Below are positions 15,624-24,520 of a stretch of DNA of 38,167 nucleotides, piece by piece. The translations under genes and the position numbers were made by a program. The stretch is taken from the NCBI GenBank assembly GCA_027295775.1, contig JAPUKG010000192.1, positions 1 through 38,167 of the forward strand, written 5' to 3'. Origin of the DNA: Pseudomonadota bacterium (GTDB taxonomy: Bacteria > Myxococcota_A > UBA9160 > UBA4427). Below the pieces are notes generated by a model that saw only the letters and a list, made by a program, of their open reading frames with translations, was not told where the DNA came from and searched no databases. The first letter of the stretch is position 1. The number at the start of each line of letters is the position of its first letter.

Positions 15624-16892
15624 CTACCCGGCTTCCCCGACCAACAACGAGCGGAACGACAGGAACAAGACCAGGGCAGTGCCGAGCAGAAGGCCCGCGA
15701 TGACGAAGGAGAGGCCGGGGAAGAAGTGGTCCATGATCAGGCCGGCGACGATGGGGCCGACGACGCGGCCGGTGGTGGCCATGGCCTGGCTCTGGCCCAT
15801 CAGCTCGCCGGCCTCACCGGCGGCGCAGGCCTGGGAGTAGAGGCTGGTGAACGTGGGGAAGGCGATCCCGTTGCCGATGGCGATGATCGGGCCCACCACG
15901 TAGAACCAGCCGAACGACGGCGCCCACGCGATCGCCGTGAGTCCCACGGCGCAGGTGAAGAGGCCGACGGCCACCAGCGTGCTCTCGCGGAACCGCCGCG
16001 TCAGCTGGCCGACGAGGAAGCCCTGGGAGAAGACGACGAACATGCCGATCCACGCGAACACGAGGCCGATCTCCCAGCCGGTGGCGCCGAATTCGCGTCC
16101 CAGGAAGATGGGGAAGACGCCCTCCAGTGCCGCGAACGCGGTGAAGATGTGGAAGAAGAGGTAGAGGTACAGGCCGATGCGGCGGTCGTGCACGGCGGAG
16201 AGCAGTCGGATCGGCGTAGGCACGAGGGAGTAGCGGAGCTCCGCCCAGTTCGGCGCCTCGGCGGGAGGTCGGGTCTCGGGAAGTCCGCGCCACGCCACAC
16301 CCAGGTTGACCGCGGCCACGGCGGCGACCGCATAGAATGGGAGCTGCTCGTCGACGGCCATCAGCAGGCCGCCAAATGCCGGTCCGATCACGAAGCCCAC
16401 CCCGATGGCCGCTCCCACCTGACCCATCCCCTGCGTGCGCTCGTCCGGTGACGTGATGTCGGTGACGATCGCGTGGGCGGTGCCGATGCTCGCGGCGAAG
16501 AAGCCCGCGAGGATGCGCGCCATATACAGGCCGGGCAGGCCTTCGGCGAAGCTCAGCAGGATGTAGGCGCCGATCGTTCCCGCCAACGACACCAGGATCA
16601 CGGGTCGCCGCCCGTAGCGATCCGAGAACCAGCCCCACGCGGGAAGGAACAGGAGCTGAGCCAGGGCGTAGACGGTGAGCAGCAGCGCGATCTCGACCGC
16701 GCTCGCCCCCAGGCGGTCGGCGTAGAGCGGCAGCGACGGGATCAGGATGCCGAAGCCCGCGAAGTCGATCAGGACCGTGGTGAAGACGATGAACTGGACT
16801 CTGCCCGATCGCAGGCGCGACGGATCCCGGGAGGGCCCGCCAGTCCCCGGGCTCTCGGCGGACTTCGCTCGCTGAGGCTCGGTTGCGGTCAT
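15624..16892 (-). CDS. MFS transporter
   Basis: Multiple TM segments and MFS motif A (GWFSDRYGRRPVIL). Confidence 0.9.
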   Translation of the reverse strand: MTATEPQRAKSAESPGTGGPSRDPSRLRSGRVQFIVFTTVLIDFAGFGILIPSLPLYADRLGASAVEIALLLTVYALAQLLFLPAWGWFSDRYGRRPVILVSLAGTIGAYILLSFAEGLPGLYMARILAGFFAASIGTAHAIVTDITSPDERTQGMGQVGAAIGVGFVIGPAFGGLLMAVDEQLPFYAVAAVAAVNLGVAWRGLPETRPPAEAPNWAELRYSLVPTPIRLLSAVHDRRIGLYLYLFFHIFTAFAALEGVFPIFLGREFGATGWEIGLVFAWIGMFVVFSQGFLVGQLTRRFRESTLVAVGLFTCAVGLTAIAWAPSFGWFYVVGPIIAIGNGIAFPTFTSLYSQACAAGEAGELMGQSQAMATTGRVVGPIVAGLIMDHFFPGLSFVIAGLLLGTALVLFLSFRSLLVGEAG

Positions 16893-16937
16893 CGCGGTGG
16901 TATTCCCAGCCTAGCACGCGGCGCCGCACCGGAGTCG

Positions 16938-16943
16938 TATAAT
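16938..16943 (+). promoter_or_regulatory. Consensus TATAAT hexamer 6 nt upstream of the GTG of the next gene (possible leaderless transcript)
   Basis: TATAAT at 16938-16943 and GTG at 16950-16952. There is no SD between them and no convincing -35. Confidence 0.3.
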
Positions 16944-16949
16944 CGGTGC

Positions 16950-17894
16950 GTGCAGGCCATCCGCTCCGGTCTCGTGGACCTGGTCCGCGACTTCCTCGCC
17001 GTACACCAGCGGCTGCGCGGACTCGCGGCGCGCTTCCACCAGGGAACGCTCCGCTTCGAAGACGCCGCCGAGCTCATTGGGGACAGCGAGACCAGTCTCC
17101 TCTTCCGTCTGAAGGAGCGATGCCACTCGCTCTTTCGCAGAGATCCCGCCTCGTCGCTCGAGCGGATGCGGCGCGAGGCCCTCTTCGACCTGGCGATCGG
17201 CTCGCTCTTCCACGAGGCGATGAAGTTCCGCGAGAATTTCTACCAGAAGGAGGTCTATGGACCGAGGGTCGCGACGCTGCGACAGCAGGCGGGGGAAGAG
17301 GGCCGGCTGCTCTTCCTGGAGTTCGAGAAGATCCTCGCCCAGGCCGAGGCGCGCTCCGCGGAGGCGATGCAGGAGACCGAGGCCCTGCTCGCCCTGACCC
17401 GGGAGCAGCTCCGGCTCCTGCTCGCGGACCGCGCAGACGACGGCCTGATCGCCCGCTACCTGGTCGACAATCCGCACCTGGTGGGCGAGGTCTTCCCGGA
17501 CGGACTGGAAGCGCTCCTGGAGGAGATCCACGGCAATTCGGCCCGCGGCTACACCATCGCCGCCCGGTCCTTCCTGGACAGCGGCTTCTTCGAGCAGGCG
17601 GCCGCGGCACTGCGCTGCGCGCTCGAGCGAAACCCCGACGGCGATGGGCTGCAGCGGCTGGCCTCGTACGCCAAGGGCATGCGCGCCTTCCAGAACGGTC
17701 GCTATCAGCAGAGCTTCGAGCAGCTCGGCGAGTGGCTGGATGCGGAGCCGGGCCCGGACGAGACCGGGTACGCTGCGCTGGCCCACGCCGCCGTGTCGCG
17801 GATCCAGAACCTCGTGGGCGATGACGACGCGGTTCGGCAAGCGGGGCCGCCACTCGCGCAGAGACTCGAAGCGGTGGCGGGCAAGAGCGGCTGA
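16950..17894 (+). CDS. Hypothetical all-helical protein (TPR-like C-terminal part)
   Basis: 16950 is the first in-frame start outside the divergent MFS gene. The sequence is protein-like (VQAIRSGLVDLVRDFLAVHQRL...FEQAAAALRCALERNPDGDG...). I recognise no family. The track start 16473 overlaps the MFS gene. Confidence 0.6.
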   Translation: MQAIRSGLVDLVRDFLAVHQRLRGLAARFHQGTLRFEDAAELIGDSETSLLFRLKERCHSLFRRDPASSLERMRREALFDLAIGSLFHEAMKFRENFYQKEVYGPRVATLRQQAGEEGRLLFLEFEKILAQAEARSAEAMQETEALLALTREQLRLLLADRADDGLIARYLVDNPHLVGEVFPDGLEALLEEIHGNSARGYTIAARSFLDSGFFEQAAAALRCALERNPDGDGLQRLASYAKGMRAFQNGRYQQSFEQLGEWLDAEPGPDETGYAALAHAAVSRIQNLVGDDDAVRQAGPPLAQRLEAVAGKSG

Positions 17895-17907
17895 GTCCGC
17901 CTCGCGC

Positions 17908-18537
17908 TCAGTCGGCCCCGTCGCCGTCGGACTTCACCAGGAGCCCGCCCAGCAGCAGGCTTCGCGCCTCCTCGCGCCGCCAGGCGACCGCGGCGCGCGT
18001 GAAGATGTCGTCGACGTCCAGGACCTGGGCGCTGAACTGTCTCGCCGCGTAGTGAAAGACGGCGGAGCCCAGTAGACTCTGGAAGACGTGGCGAGAGGAG
18101 AGCTTGCGGAAGACCCCCTCGCTGACACCCTCCCGGTAGAAGGTCATGACCGCGCCGATCGTGCCGGCGATCAGAGGCTGGAGGGGCGACAGATCGACGC
18201 CCGTGCGGTCCACGAAGATGCGGATCAGGATCTGGGAGTAGTTGCGCTTCTCGGCGAGCAGGTCGTTGATGTCGTCGAGCAGCCTCTCCAGTCGCTCCCG
18301 GTGCGGGACCTCGCGCCCCACCGCGGTGGCCACCGTGCGCTCGAAGTCCTCCATCATGCGGGAGAGAACCGCGAGATAGAGCGCCGCCTTGCTCGGAAAG
18401 TAGTAGTAGAGCGCGGTCTTCTGGACGCCCACCTGCTCGGCAATGCGCTGGAGGTGAGCACCCGCGTGGCCCATGATGGCGAATTCGCTCTCCGCGACCT
18501 CGAGGATCTTCTCGCGCGTGTCCATCCCGTTGTGCAT
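17908..18537 (-). CDS. TetR/AcrR-family transcriptional regulator
   Basis: Internal ATG at 18537 gives MHNGMDTREKILEVAESEFAIMGHAGAHLQRIAEQVGVQKTALYYYFPSK. The upstream 100 codons of the track ORF overlap lgt and are Arg/Gly-rich. Confidence 0.85.
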   Translation of the reverse strand: MHNGMDTREKILEVAESEFAIMGHAGAHLQRIAEQVGVQKTALYYYFPSKAALYLAVLSRMMEDFERTVATAVGREVPHRERLERLLDDINDLLAEKRNYSQILIRIFVDRTGVDLSPLQPLIAGTIGAVMTFYREGVSEGVFRKLSSRHVFQSLLGSAVFHYAARQFSAQVLDVDDIFTRAAVAWRREEARSLLLGGLLVKSDGDGAD

Positions 18538-18581
18538 GCGCTCGGCTCCGGTGGCAGCATTGGCTCGCGCCCTGCCTGGCG

Positions 18582-19355
18582 TCACTCCGGCTCGGCATCC
18601 GATGGTGTCGCGGCCGGCGAGGGTCTGCGCGCATGATACACCCAGCCGGTGATGCCCAGCACCACGAGCACGAACCCGATCCACTGGGGCTCCGTGAGTC
18701 CCAGCGCGACCTCCGGGTTGACTCGCCAGCTCTCGATCACGATGCGTCCCGCGCCGTTGAGGGCCAGGTACTCGCCGAACAGGAACGGACTCCGGTGCCG
18801 GCGGCGCCACAGGAATCCCGCCACCGGGAGCAGCCACAGGATCTCATAGATCTGTGTAGGGTGGACGGGCTCGATGGTAGGCGGGGCGCCCCGGGGAAAG
18901 GTCACGCCCCAGGGCAGGTCGGTGACGACGCCGTAGTCATCTCCTACCAGGAAGCAGCCCACGCGTCCCAGGGCCTGACCCACCGGCAGGGCGACGGCGA
19001 CGCAGTTGGCCACCGTGAGGGTCGGCAGCTTGTGGATCCGGCAGCCGATGACACCCGCCAGCAGGCCGCCGATCAGGCCGCCGTACCAGGTGATGCCCGC
19101 GCGCGCGAAGAAGAGGAGGGCGAAGGGGCCGTTCCCCTGGATCCAGTTGTCCACCGCGAAGTAGAGCTTCGACCCGAGAACGCCGCCCACCATCGTGTAC
19201 ATCAAGATGGTGGAGGCGGCCTCGGGATCGAGGCCCTCCTCGCGGAACCGCCGGGCGCCAATCCAGAAGGCCGCGAGGAAGCCCGCCGCCATCATCACGC
19301 CGAAGGTGCTGATGGGATAGTCGACGTACGGGATGGTGAAGAGCTCGGGGTACAC
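18582..19355 (-). CDS. lgt: Prolipoprotein diacylglyceryl transferase
   Basis: MYPELFTIPYVDYPISTFGVMMAAGF, GRVGCFLVGDDYG, and VHPTQIYE. Confidence 0.92.
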   Translation of the reverse strand: MYPELFTIPYVDYPISTFGVMMAAGFLAAFWIGARRFREEGLDPEAASTILMYTMVGGVLGSKLYFAVDNWIQGNGPFALLFFARAGITWYGGLIGGLLAGVIGCRIHKLPTLTVANCVAVALPVGQALGRVGCFLVGDDYGVVTDLPWGVTFPRGAPPTIEPVHPTQIYEILWLLPVAGFLWRRRHRSPFLFGEYLALNGAGRIVIESWRVNPEVALGLTEPQWIGFVLVVLGITGWVYHARRPSPAATPSDAEPE

Positions 19356-19420
19356 GGCGTTCGGCCGCGCAGGCTACGCGATGTGCCCGGGGAGCGCGAG
19401 GGAGCGCGACGGGGCCGCGG

Positions 19421-20863
19421 CTACTGCCGGGGCAGGGTCAGGTGGAAGGCTGCGCCGGCTCCCGGCTCGCTCTCGACCCAGACGCGTCCTTCGTGGGTCT
19501 CGGCGATCTTCTTCACGATCGCTAGGCCGATGCCGGTGGAACGCCCGCCGCCCGGCCGCCGGCCCGCGGTGTGGAACGCGTCGAAGATGCGTTCGCGCTG
19601 GTCCGGTTCGACGCCCTGTCCGTTGTCCTGCACCACGATGTGATGCAGGTCGGATTCCTCGCGAATGGAGACCGAGATGGTCGGGTCGTCGGTGGGTCCC
19701 ATGTGGTCCAGGGCATTCCCGATCAGGTTCGAGAAGACCTGGTAGATCCGGGTCCGATCGCAAGACAGCAGCGGCGGGTTCTCGGGCAGCACCAGCTTTG
19801 CGCCCTGCTCGTCGAGCCTTGGCTTGAGCTCGGCCTGGAGCTGCATCAGCACCGCGCGCGGATCGACCAACACCCGGTGCTCGCCGGGCCGGCCGATGCG
19901 GGACAGCTCGAGGAGGTCTTGGAGCAGAGCCTCCATGGTGCGGCCCGCCTGCTCGACCCGCTCCAGGTAGTGGCGGCCGGTCTCGTCGAGCCGGTTCTCG
20001 TAGTCCTGGCGCAGCAGCCGCCCGAAGCCCAGAAGCGAGACCAGCGGCGAGCGCAGGTCGTGGGAAACGCTGTGCACGAAGCTCTCGAGCTCGGCGTTCT
20101 TGCGCTCCAGGACTTCCCGCTCGCGGTGCTCCTCGCTGATGTCGCGCATCAGCACCACGCTGCCGGTCGCCGCGCCGCTCGCGTCGCGGAGGGGCCGGGA
20201 GGAGACCGAGGTCCACACGCGGCGGCCGTCGAGCAGGCGTAACTCGAGCTCCTGGATGGCGGTCGCCTGATGGTCGAGGCCCGAGGCGTGGGGCAGGAAG
20301 AGCGCCATCGGTCGCCCCGCCAGCGAGCCGGCGCCCGCGGCCAGCAGGGTCTCGGCTGCGGGGTTCGCGTAGGTGATGAAGTTCGAGGCGTCGAGAGTGA
20401 TGACCGCGTCCGGCGCGGCCGCCAGCACCGACTCGTGGAACTCCGAGCCCTCCACCAGCTCCGAGGGCTGGCCCGCTACGAGGCGCACGATCGCCACGAT
20501 CAGCGGGTGGCGATCGCCGGTCCCGGTGACCCGGAACGCACTCACGTCCACGGCCAACGGCTCGCCGCTCTTCCCCTCCAGCTCGAGCCGGACGTTTTCG
20601 AGGCTCTCCTGGCGCAGCACTCGCTTGCTCACGCTGCTGATGCGCTTCCAGTCGGGCATCCGGGGGAAGAGCTCGCGCACGCTCTTGCCGATGAAGCAAT
20701 CGACGCCGCCACAGATCACGCCGAGCGCATCACTCATCCACACCACCCGGCCCCCGCGGTCGCAAACCACGACGAGCTGGTGAAGTCGGGCGAACCCCTC
20801 GAGGATCTCCCTCGTCGGGATTCCCTCCAACTGATGGTCCGGGGGCAGAGCGGCTTGGGTCAT
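19421..20863 (-). CDS. Cytoplasmic PAS-domain sensor histidine kinase (no adjacent response regulator)
   Basis: H-box HSVSHDLRSPL, N box FSNLIGNALDH, G boxes VQDNGQGV and GIGLAIVKK. PAS-like repeats lie upstream. I prefer the ATG at 20863 to the TTG at 20914. Confidence 0.85.
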   Translation of the reverse strand: MTQAALPPDHQLEGIPTREILEGFARLHQLVVVCDRGGRVVWMSDALGVICGGVDCFIGKSVRELFPRMPDWKRISSVSKRVLRQESLENVRLELEGKSGEPLAVDVSAFRVTGTGDRHPLIVAIVRLVAGQPSELVEGSEFHESVLAAAPDAVITLDASNFITYANPAAETLLAAGAGSLAGRPMALFLPHASGLDHQATAIQELELRLLDGRRVWTSVSSRPLRDASGAATGSVVLMRDISEEHREREVLERKNAELESFVHSVSHDLRSPLVSLLGFGRLLRQDYENRLDETGRHYLERVEQAGRTMEALLQDLLELSRIGRPGEHRVLVDPRAVLMQLQAELKPRLDEQGAKLVLPENPPLLSCDRTRIYQVFSNLIGNALDHMGPTDDPTISVSIREESDLHHIVVQDNGQGVEPDQRERIFDAFHTAGRRPGGGRSTGIGLAIVKKIAETHEGRVWVESEPGAGAAFHLTLPRQ

Positions 20864-21291
20864 GGGGTCGTGTCGTTGACGATCTCGCCTGGATCGACGA
20901 ATGGAAGCGTTCAACCGGGGGCTCTGGGTCAGCGGCGGCAGTGACGAGGGCCGCAGCGTATCAAACCGCTGCTCTGTGGGTCAAACGAAACGGCGTTTTT
21001 CGGGGGAAGTCGACGCATCGCATTTCGCAACATATCGGCGGGGGTGCGTCGCATTCGGACAAGCGTTTGTTCTCTCTCGACGCCATCTTGTCACCAGAAA
21101 AGCGGCGCGCGCGAACGCGAATCCGAAGGCCCTCCTCGCTCGCGGGCGCCGATGGATCGGAATAGTGGCTTTCCCTATGATTCTCGTCGGGAAACACCGC
21201 AGTGCTCGGCCTCCGAGCGCTTCTCCCCGAGGGGTCGTGCTCCGTGAACGCTCGAGCTGACAGCACGCCGCCTTCGGTCCGTCGCGTCGAG

Positions 21292-22128
21292 ATGCGCTTC
21301 ACCGGCTCGGGGAGGGCGTCCCTGTTCCGGCGCGCATGGATCGCTCCCCAGCCCGAGCGTGCGCTGGCCTTGGTGCACGGCTTCGCCGAGCACTCGGCTC
21401 GCTACGAGCACCTCGGGACCTGGTTCGCTCGACGCGGCTTCGCCGTCCACGCCTACGACCAGCGGGGCCACGGACAGTCACCCGGCCTCCGCGGGCACGT
21501 GGACCGCTTCGACGAGTTCCTCGACGACCTGGCCGCCTTCCTGGACGAGGTCCGCCGCGAGAGCCCGGGCATCCCCTGCACGCTGGTGGGCCACAGCATG
21601 GGCGGGCTGGTGGTCGCCACCTTTGCTCGGGAGCGAAACCCCGATGTCGCCGGGGTCGTACTCTCGGGTGCGGTGTTGAAGCTGCCCCCCGACCTCTCCC
21701 GGGGCAAGATCGCGCTGGCCCGCCTGCTGCGGCGCGTGGTCCCCCGGCTCACAACCGGCGCCGGCATCGATCCCCACGCCATCTCACGCGATCCGGAGGT
21801 GGTGCGCCGCTACGTCGAAGACCCTCTGGTGTTCACGCGGATGACCTTGTCGTTTGCGGCCGAGATGCTGTCCGCGGTCGAGCGCTGCTCCGCCGGTGGC
21901 GCCGACGTCAGCGTGCCGGTGCAGCTCCTGCACGGGGCCGAGGATCTGCTCTGCCTCCCGGCTGGGAGCCGCGACTTCTTCGAGACCCTGGACGTCCCCG
22001 GGAGCGACCTGCGCATCTACCCGGGCCTGCGCCACGAGATCTTCAACGAGCCCGAGCAGGAGCAGGTGTTCGAGGACATCCTCGAGTGGACGCTGGCCCG
22101 TGAGGCGGAGGCCGTGGAAGCGCGGTGA
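21292..22128 (+). CDS. Alpha/beta hydrolase (lysophospholipase / monoacylglycerol-lipase-like)
   Basis: [12 protein letters not shown], nucleophile elbow GHSMGG, and [10 protein letters not shown]...RHEIFNE. ATG at 21292. Confidence 0.85.
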   Translation: MRFTGSGRASLFRRAWIAPQPERALALVHGFAEHSARYEHLGTWFARRGFAVHAYDQRGHGQSPGLRGHVDRFDEFLDDLAAFLDEVRRESPGIPCTLVGHSMGGLVVATFARERNPDVAGVVLSGAVLKLPPDLSRGKIALARLLRRVVPRLTTGAGIDPHAISRDPEVVRRYVEDPLVFTRMTLSFAAEMLSAVERCSAGGADVSVPVQLLHGAEDLLCLPAGSRDFFETLDVPGSDLRIYPGLRHEIFNEPEQEQVFEDILEWTLAREAEAVEAR

Positions 22129-22643
22129 GCGACCGGCTGAGCCACCTGGACAAGGCCGGCCGGGCCCGCATGGTCGACGTCGGCGACAAGCCCGTGACCC
22201 ACCGCGTTTGCGTGGCGCGAGGCGAGGTGCGCATGGCGGCCAGCACGCTGGCGCGGATCACGACCGGGAACGCCCCGAAGGGAGACGTGCTCGCCGTGGC
22301 ACGGCTGGCGGGCATCCAGGCGGCCAAGCGGACCGCCGAGTGGATCCCGCTGGCCCACCCGCTGCCGCTCGACTCCGTGCGCGTCCACCTCACCCCCGAA
22401 TCCGGGGACGCCTCCGGGGAAGCGCGACTGCTGATCGAAGCCGTGGTCGCGACCCACTGGCGAACGGGCGTCGAGATGGAAGCGCTGGTAGCGGTCGGTG
22501 CCGCGGGACTTACGGTCTACGACATGTGCAAGTCGATCGACCGCGGCATGAGCCTCGAGGCCATCCGCCTGGTGCGGAAGAGCGGCGGCAAGAGCGGCGA
22601 CTGGGAACGACCGGGCGAGCCCCCTCCCGTGGGGGACGGCTGA
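22125..22643 (+). CDS. moaC: Cyclic pyranopterin monophosphate synthase MoaC
   Basis: [50 protein letters not shown], and [22 protein letters not shown]. The GTG start overlaps the upstream stop (GTGA). Confidence 0.93.
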   Translation: MSDRLSHLDKAGRARMVDVGDKPVTHRVCVARGEVRMAASTLARITTGNAPKGDVLAVARLAGIQAAKRTAEWIPLAHPLPLDSVRVHLTPESGDASGEARLLIEAVVATHWRTGVEMEALVAVGAAGLTVYDMCKSIDRGMSLEAIRLVRKSGGKSGDWERPGEPPPVGDG

Positions 22644-23395
22644 TGGGCACCGGCGGCGGAGCGATCCGGACCGAAAGCCCGAGGGAACTGTCTGGAGCGG
22701 AGCGGCGTCTCTCGGGGTCGAGGCGATTCGTGAGCTACGAAATGGTGGAGCGAGGAGCGGCCGCGCCGGCCGAAGCGCGACGGGTCAGGCCGGGGCTGTC
22801 GGGAGCTGCGGAGGATCCGGACCGCGAGCTGGTCGGGCGCTGGCAGGCCGGCGACCTCGAGGCATTCGAAGAGCTGGTCCAGCGCCACGAGAAGCGCGTC
22901 TTCCGACTGCTGCTGCGCATGCTGGGCAACCGGGAGGAGGCCGAGGACGTGGCCCAGGAGACCTTCCTCAGCCTCCACCGCCACGGACACCGCTTCCGCG
23001 GCGAGGCCCGCTTCTCCACCTTCGTCTACCGGGTGGCGGCAAATGCCGCCCTCAACCGGCGGCGCACTCTCGGGCGCAACCGCAACCGCACCCACAAGCT
23101 GGCCGAGCGCCAGGCCGCCGGCGACGACCTGCCCACGTCCCCCCGCGATCCCGAGGACGCCACCTCCGGTGCCGAGCTGAGCCGCCACGTGCGCAGCGCC
23201 CTCGAGACGCTCTCTCCCCCCCTTCGCATGCCCCTCGTGCTGTACGACATCGAGGGGCTCGCCTACGGCGAGATCGCCCGGGTGATGGGCGTTGCCGAGG
23301 GAACCGTGAAGTCCCGCATCCACCGCGCGCGGCTGGCGCTGCGCGCCCAGCTCCAGGGTCTCCTGAGAGCGCAGACTCAGGGAGTGCCGACGTGA
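22643..23395 (+). CDS. ECF-type RNA polymerase sigma factor (start 22643 or 22742)
   Basis: Region 2 is FEELVQRHEKRVFRLLLRMLGNREEAEDVAQETFLSLHRH. Region 4 is LYDIEGLAYGEIARVMGVAEGTVKSRIHRAR. The ATG at 22643 overlaps the moaC stop (TGATG). The alternative ATG at 22742 gives a more typical length. Confidence 0.85.
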   Translation: MGTGGGAIRTESPRELSGAERRLSGSRRFVSYEMVERGAAAPAEARRVRPGLSGAAEDPDRELVGRWQAGDLEAFEELVQRHEKRVFRLLLRMLGNREEAEDVAQETFLSLHRHGHRFRGEARFSTFVYRVAANAALNRRRTLGRNRNRTHKLAERQAAGDDLPTSPRDPEDATSGAELSRHVRSALETLSPPLRMPLVLYDIEGLAYGEIARVMGVAEGTVKSRIHRARLALRAQLQGLLRAQTQGVPT

Positions 23396-24414
23396 AACAC
23401 GGCGATGTGCAGTCCGTGCTGGCCGACTACCTCGAGGGCGACCTCCCGCTCTCGGAGCAGGCGCTGGTCGACGCCCACCTCGACGCGTGCGAAGCCTGCG
23501 CCCTCGAGGTAAACGAGCTGCGCCGGGCGATCTCCCTGTTACGTGCCCTGCCCGATCCCGAGCCTCCGGCCGACCTCGCCGACCGCGTCATGGCGCGCGT
23601 CAGAGCGGGCGAGGCGCGCCCGGGCTGGCTCCCGCGCCTCGGCGCCGCGCTCTCGCGTCTAGGCCTGGGTCGGGGCACCGCGCCGATCGCGCTGCCCGTG
23701 ACGGCGGTGGCTGCCGGCCTGGCGGTGGCGGTGGTGACGGGCCAGCTCGAGGTCCCGGATCTCCTGGGCTGGGCCGGGGAGGAAGGAGCCGCGGCGGAAC
23801 AGATCGCTCGCGCGCCGCGTCCGGCTCCGGCGCCCGAGCGGATCGCCGCGCCGCGTCCAGCTCCAGCGCCCGAGCAGATCGCCGCGCCGCGTCCGGCTCC
23901 AGCGCCCGAGCGGATCGAGCGCCGCGTAGCGCAGGCTGCGGGCGCAACAGCGATCCCGGAGTCGCGCCCGATCCGGACCCCTGCCGAGCCCGCCGGGGCG
24001 GTGCTCGTCGACACCCGGTCCCAGCCCCAGCCGACCGTCGCGCAGGTGACCGGAGAGCTCCTCCCTCGACACATCGAGGGCGCCCGCGTCGTGCATTCGG
24101 TTCCCACCGGATTCGAGGGTCCGTCGATCGAGAAGGCCGAGCGGGCCCGCATCGAGCTCGACCGGCGTCTGGATCTGCTGCTGCGCAGCCCGGCGGAGTT
24201 CGCGCGCGACCTGCGCCGGGACTCGATCGCCGCTCAGGAGCTCTGGCTGACCGAGCTGGCCAAGCGCGCCCACGAGCGCGACCTGACGGAGCAGGTGGTA
24301 GATGCTCTGCGGCAGAGCGCGGACGTCGAGGCCATGCTCCTGGCTCCGGGCCTCGAGGAGGCCCTCCGGCGACTCGGCGCCGACGTCGTGGCCGCCGAGC
24401 CCGTCCGGCCGTAG
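23392..24414 (+). CDS. Anti-sigma factor (zf-HC2 type), single-pass membrane protein with Pro/Ala tandem repeats
   Basis: H-x3-C-x2-C motif (AHLDACEAC), TM segment IALPVTAVAAGLAVAVVTG, and the GTG start overlaps the sigma stop (GTGA). Confidence 0.8.
   Translation: MKHGDVQSVLADYLEGDLPLSEQALVDAHLDACEACALEVNELRRAISLLRALPDPEPPADLADRVMARVRAGEARPGWLPRLGAALSRLGLGRGTAPIALPVTAVAAGLAVAVVTGQLEVPDLLGWAGEEGAAAEQIARAPRPAPAPERIAAPRPAPAPEQIAAPRPAPAPERIERRVAQAAGATAIPESRPIRTPAEPAGAVLVDTRSQPQPTVAQVTGELLPRHIEGARVVHSVPTGFEGPSIEKAERARIELDRRLDLLLRSPAEFARDLRRDSIAAQELWLTELAKRAHERDLTEQVVDALRQSADVEAMLLAPGLEEALRRLGADVVAAEPVRP
23802..23935 (+). repeat. In-frame 36-nt tandem repeat (about 3.3 copies) inside the anti-sigma gene
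   Basis: Units at 23802-23840 (39 nt), 23841-23876 and 23877-23912, plus a partial fourth. They encode IA(R)APRPAPAPE(R/Q) repeats. Confidence 0.85.
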
Positions 24415-24520
24415 ACGAGCGCCGTCTTCCAGCTAGCGACGCAGCCGTCCTTCCCGTTATTCTGGCGGGCTCGCCGGCGCCCTTGGTGACGATCGGCGAC
24501 CAGGAGGCAACGGAGCCCAG

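Noticed and set aside
19374-20699. 441-aa alternative-frame minus-strand ORF over the histidine kinase
   Set aside because: It is Arg/Pro/Gly-rich. The 19421..20863 frame has H, N and G boxes.
21150-21291. Moco riboswitch upstream of the hydrolase-moaC operon
   Set aside because: I found only short generic hairpins. I could not reproduce the multi-stem Moco architecture or its conserved loops by eye, so it needs a covariance-model search before any claim.
23802-23935. Possible CRISPR-like array
   Set aside because: The repeats are directly tandem with no spacers, are in frame, and lie inside a coding gene. This is a protein-coding tandem repeat, not a CRISPR array.
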